Shown: positions 60,907-64,000 of the stretch, in pieces
How positions within the stretch are numbered: the stretch's first letter is position 1
Layout: each line of letters starts with the position of its first letter
Source of the DNA: Squalus acanthias
Taxonomy: Eukaryota
Direction: 5' to 3'
DNA: 64,000 bases
Assembly (NCBI GenBank): GCA_030390025.1
Contig: CM059431.1
Location: 142,416,001 to 142,480,000 of the forward strand
Translations under genes and position numbers: made by a program
The notes under the pieces: generated by a model
The model's input: only the letters and a program-made list of their open reading frames with translations
Told to the model about the DNA's origin: nothing
The model's database searches: none

Positions 60907-61370
60907 AGAATCATAGAATCACACAGCACAGTAGGAGGCCATTGGGCCCACCGGGCCTGTGCCTGCTCTTTGAAAGAGCTATCCAATTATTCCCACTCTC
61001 CTGCTCTTTCCCCATATACCTGCAATGCTTTTCATTTAAACTTCCCTTTTTAAAGTTATTATTGAATCTGCTTTCCCCGCCCTCTCACGCAGTGCACGCA
61101 CTCTCACCCAGATCGTTACAACTCGCTGTGTAAAGAACAATCTCCCCACACCACTTTAACAATTATCTGACATCAGTGTCCTCTGGTTACCGACACTCTT
61201 GTCAGTGGAAACAGTTTCACCCTCTCTGCTCTATTACCCCGCACCCCCCCTCCCCCCATAATTTTGAACGCTCTATTAAATCTCCGCTTAACCTTCTTTG
61301 CTCTAAGGAGAACAATCCCAGCTTCGACAGTCTCTCCACATAACTGAATTACTTCATCCTTGGACATAAT
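60907..61370 (-). mobile_element. CR1 3' fragment
   Basis: agaatcatagaatc tail and ORF2 C-terminal remnants (KLFPL...TRGH). Confidence 0.75.
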
Positions 61371-61930
61371 GCAAAGCGACGATGTTTGGAAAATATTGCC
61401 AGTTAGGAGCGGGAAAATTGAAAGGATCCAAAAAATAAAATACAGTCATCAGCTTTGTGAATCTTTAGATCCGCTTTGGGAAAGGGAATCAGAGGAGAAT
61501 GAAGGACGAACCGCCCGATTGACCAGAGGCGGTTAAGACACCGCTCCCTGGTTTCAGACGCTGGAACATTTTCTCGGATGTTATCGGTGACATCAACTGC
61601 TCTGTGTCATTTAAAGGATTCTCGTTACTGCAGATCAGGAAATCAAACGCAACATTGGGTTCGGGACATTCAGAGTAATTCCGAACAAACAAGGCACCTA
61701 AAGGCTGGGAGGGAGAGGGCACCGGTTGCAGGAGAGCTGGTTCGCGGTGACATGGGTGTGTCTGCAGTGTGCGGGACCAGACATTCTCTGTGTGTTCACA
61801 ATGAATGTCCCATTCCTTAATTTGGAAATGTAAAACTGATCGTGGGCAATTGCTATTCCGGTCGCAGAAATCTGAAATTTTATCTCGCTGACACCCTCGG
61901 TTAGGGAATCTTGCTACAGCACATCCGACC

Positions 61931-61936
61931 GTCTCT

Positions 61937-61987
<51 letters not shown>

Positions 61988-62004
61988 GAGCCCACCCAGA
62001 GACG
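61931..62004 (+). tRNA. tRNA-Asn(GTT), intact
   Basis: Full cloverleaf with a perfectly paired acceptor stem GTCTCTG/CAGAGAC, A and B boxes, and TTTT at 62009-62012. Confidence 0.96.
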
Positions 62005-62968
62005 AAGGTTTTAACTGTTTTTCCCCCTTCATTATTCATTGCCGCACAGTTCCAGGTTGTCAATGTGTGCTTTGGCTGCAAGAAAATATTCCGCAAACTT
62101 TGCTGTTATTCAGTAACTCCCCACCCAAATACTTGTATGAGTACTCATTTCAAATAAAATGATAAAAACATGTGAATGGATCAAGTTCCTCCATCCAACC
62201 CGTTAGAAATATATTAAGTTATTGGATTCAAACGAACTGCTGGAAATTGTTTCTGTATCTACATATATAGAACTAGAACACGCCATCGCACCGTGTGAGG
62301 CTACATTGAATGTGTGGCTATTGAACAGCTGGTATTAGGGAAAACAATTCATAACACACTGGGCCATATTAGTGATATATTACCTTCATTTAATAACTTA
62401 TTTTTATTGATGTAAAATGTTGTAAAACACTGCGGTCTGACAGCAGGCACATGCGAACATGATGCAATATTTGTGTAGGCGTCATGCTCTGGAAGTCCCT
62501 GCCTAAACCCCTCCACCTTCACCCCTCCCTCACCTCCCTACAGACACTCATTAAAACCGAAATCTTTGAGCAGTCTTTTGGTCACCCCTCTTACTCGCTC
62601 CATCTTTGTGTTTGGTATCCATGTTTTTGATTACACCTCCCTAAAGCGCTTTGGGACATCCCCTAGAAGTGTGTGTTTGTGGGTGTGAGTGGGGGCGGGA
62701 GGAATGCATTATGCAGTCTGGAATATGTAAACCGACAGATAAATGACCTGAAACGTATACGCGGTTTTAAACACCAGAGAGAAATAGCTAATGTCAATTA
62801 GCAGACAATGAAAGAGGAAATTTGACAATCTCATGCCACCTTATTGCAATACATACCCTTTAAAAATACACAACACTCCCCTGGAGAGGACAGGACCGGT
62901 TAATACTGATGAAAACTCAAATCACAATTTGACCTCGGAAACAATCTATAAACACGAGTAAAAGTGCA

Positions 62969-64000
62969 GTGTTAATCCCAGGGTATCCCTGCCCATCTGT
63001 GCTAGTCCCAGGGTATCTCTGTCCATCTGAGCTAGTCCCAGGGTATCTCTGTCCATCTGAGCTAGTCCCTGAGTATCTCTGTCCTGCTGTGCTAGTCCCT
63101 GAGTATCTCTGTCCTGCTGTGCTGGTCCCTAGCTATCCCTCTCCATCTGAACTAGTCCCTTGGTATCCCTGTCCAGCTGTGCTAGTCCCTGGGTATCCCT
63201 GTCCAGCTATGCTAGTCACTGGGTATCTGTCCAGCTGTGCTATTCCAGGGGTATCCCTATCCAGCTGTGCCAGTCCCTGGGTATCCCTGTCCAGCTGTGC
63301 CTTTCCCTGGGTATCCCTGTCCAGCTGTGCTGGTCCCTGGGTATCTCTGTCCAGCTGTGCCAGTCACTGTGTTTCCATGTCCAGCTGTGCTAGTCACTGG
63401 GTATCGCTGTCCAGCTGTGCTAGTCACTGGGATTCGCTGTCCAGCTGTGCTATTCCCTGGCTATACCTCTCCATCTGAGCTAGTCCCTGGGTATCCCTGT
63501 GAAGCTGAGCTAGTCCCTGGGTATCCCTGTCCAGCTGTGCAAATCCCTGGGTATCCCTGTCCAGCTGTGCTAGTCGCATGGTATATCTGTCAGCTGTGCC
63601 AATCCCTGGGTATCCCTGTCCAGCTGTGCTAGTCCCTGGGTATCCCTGTCCAGCTGTGCCATTCCCTGGGTATCCCTGTCCAGCTCTGCTAGTCCCTGGG
63701 TATCTCTCTCCAGCTGTGCTTGTCACTGGGCATTCCTGTCCAGTGAGCTGGTCCCTGGGTATCTCTGTCCAGCTGTGCTAGTCCCTGGGTATCTCTGCCC
63801 AGCTGTGCTTGTCACTGGGTATCCCTGTCCAGCTGTGCCATTCCCTGGGTATCTCTGTCCAGTAGTGCTAGTCCCTCTGTATCCCTGTCCAGCTGTGCCA
63901 TTCCCTGGGTATCCCTGTCCATCTGAGCTAGTCCCTCTGTATCCCTGTCCATCTGAGCTAGTCCCTCTGTATCTCTGTCCAGCTGTGCCATTCCCTGGGT
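62969..64000. repeat. 30-bp minisatellite (CCAGCTGTGCTAGTCCCTGGGTATCCCTGT), runs off the right edge
   Basis: gctagtccc recurs at 63001, 63031, 63061 and 63091. The ORFs there are 10-aa periodic. Confidence 0.97.

Noticed and set aside
61520..61555. Hairpin ACCAG-AG-GCGGT taagac ACCGC-TCC-CTGGT as an RNA gene
   Set aside because: An isolated stem-loop with no B box or family resemblance.

Overview
Vertebrate, repeat-dense genomic window with no intact host protein-coding gene. The CR1, L2 and DeuSINE repeat types suggest a cartilaginous fish such as a shark (inference). From left to right: (1) a 15.3-kb array of a 23-bp satellite with kb-scale internal duplications; (2) a full-length but doubly nonsense-disrupted B3GALT5-like coding exon; (3) a pile of nested CR1-clade LINEs, one with an intact 2.9-kb ORF2 joined to ORF1 by an in-phase U_UUA_AAC -1 frameshift-type signal; (4) local segmental duplications; (5) a scattered tRNA cluster (intact Asn-GTT, near-intact Trp-CCA, decayed Lys x3, Glu and Val); (6) three Penelope-like elements carrying minimal hammerhead ribozymes; (7) a 10.5-kb LTR retrovirus-like provirus with ~98% identical LTRs, an ATAT TSD, a Leu-type PBS, deleted pol, a decayed env and a second ORF duplicating the env membrane anchor, itself interrupted by a Penelope copy with a perfect 306-bp inverted repeat and a 14-bp TSD; (8) a 30-bp minisatellite at the right edge. 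All comparisons were done by eye with no database search, and boundaries of decayed repeats are approximate.
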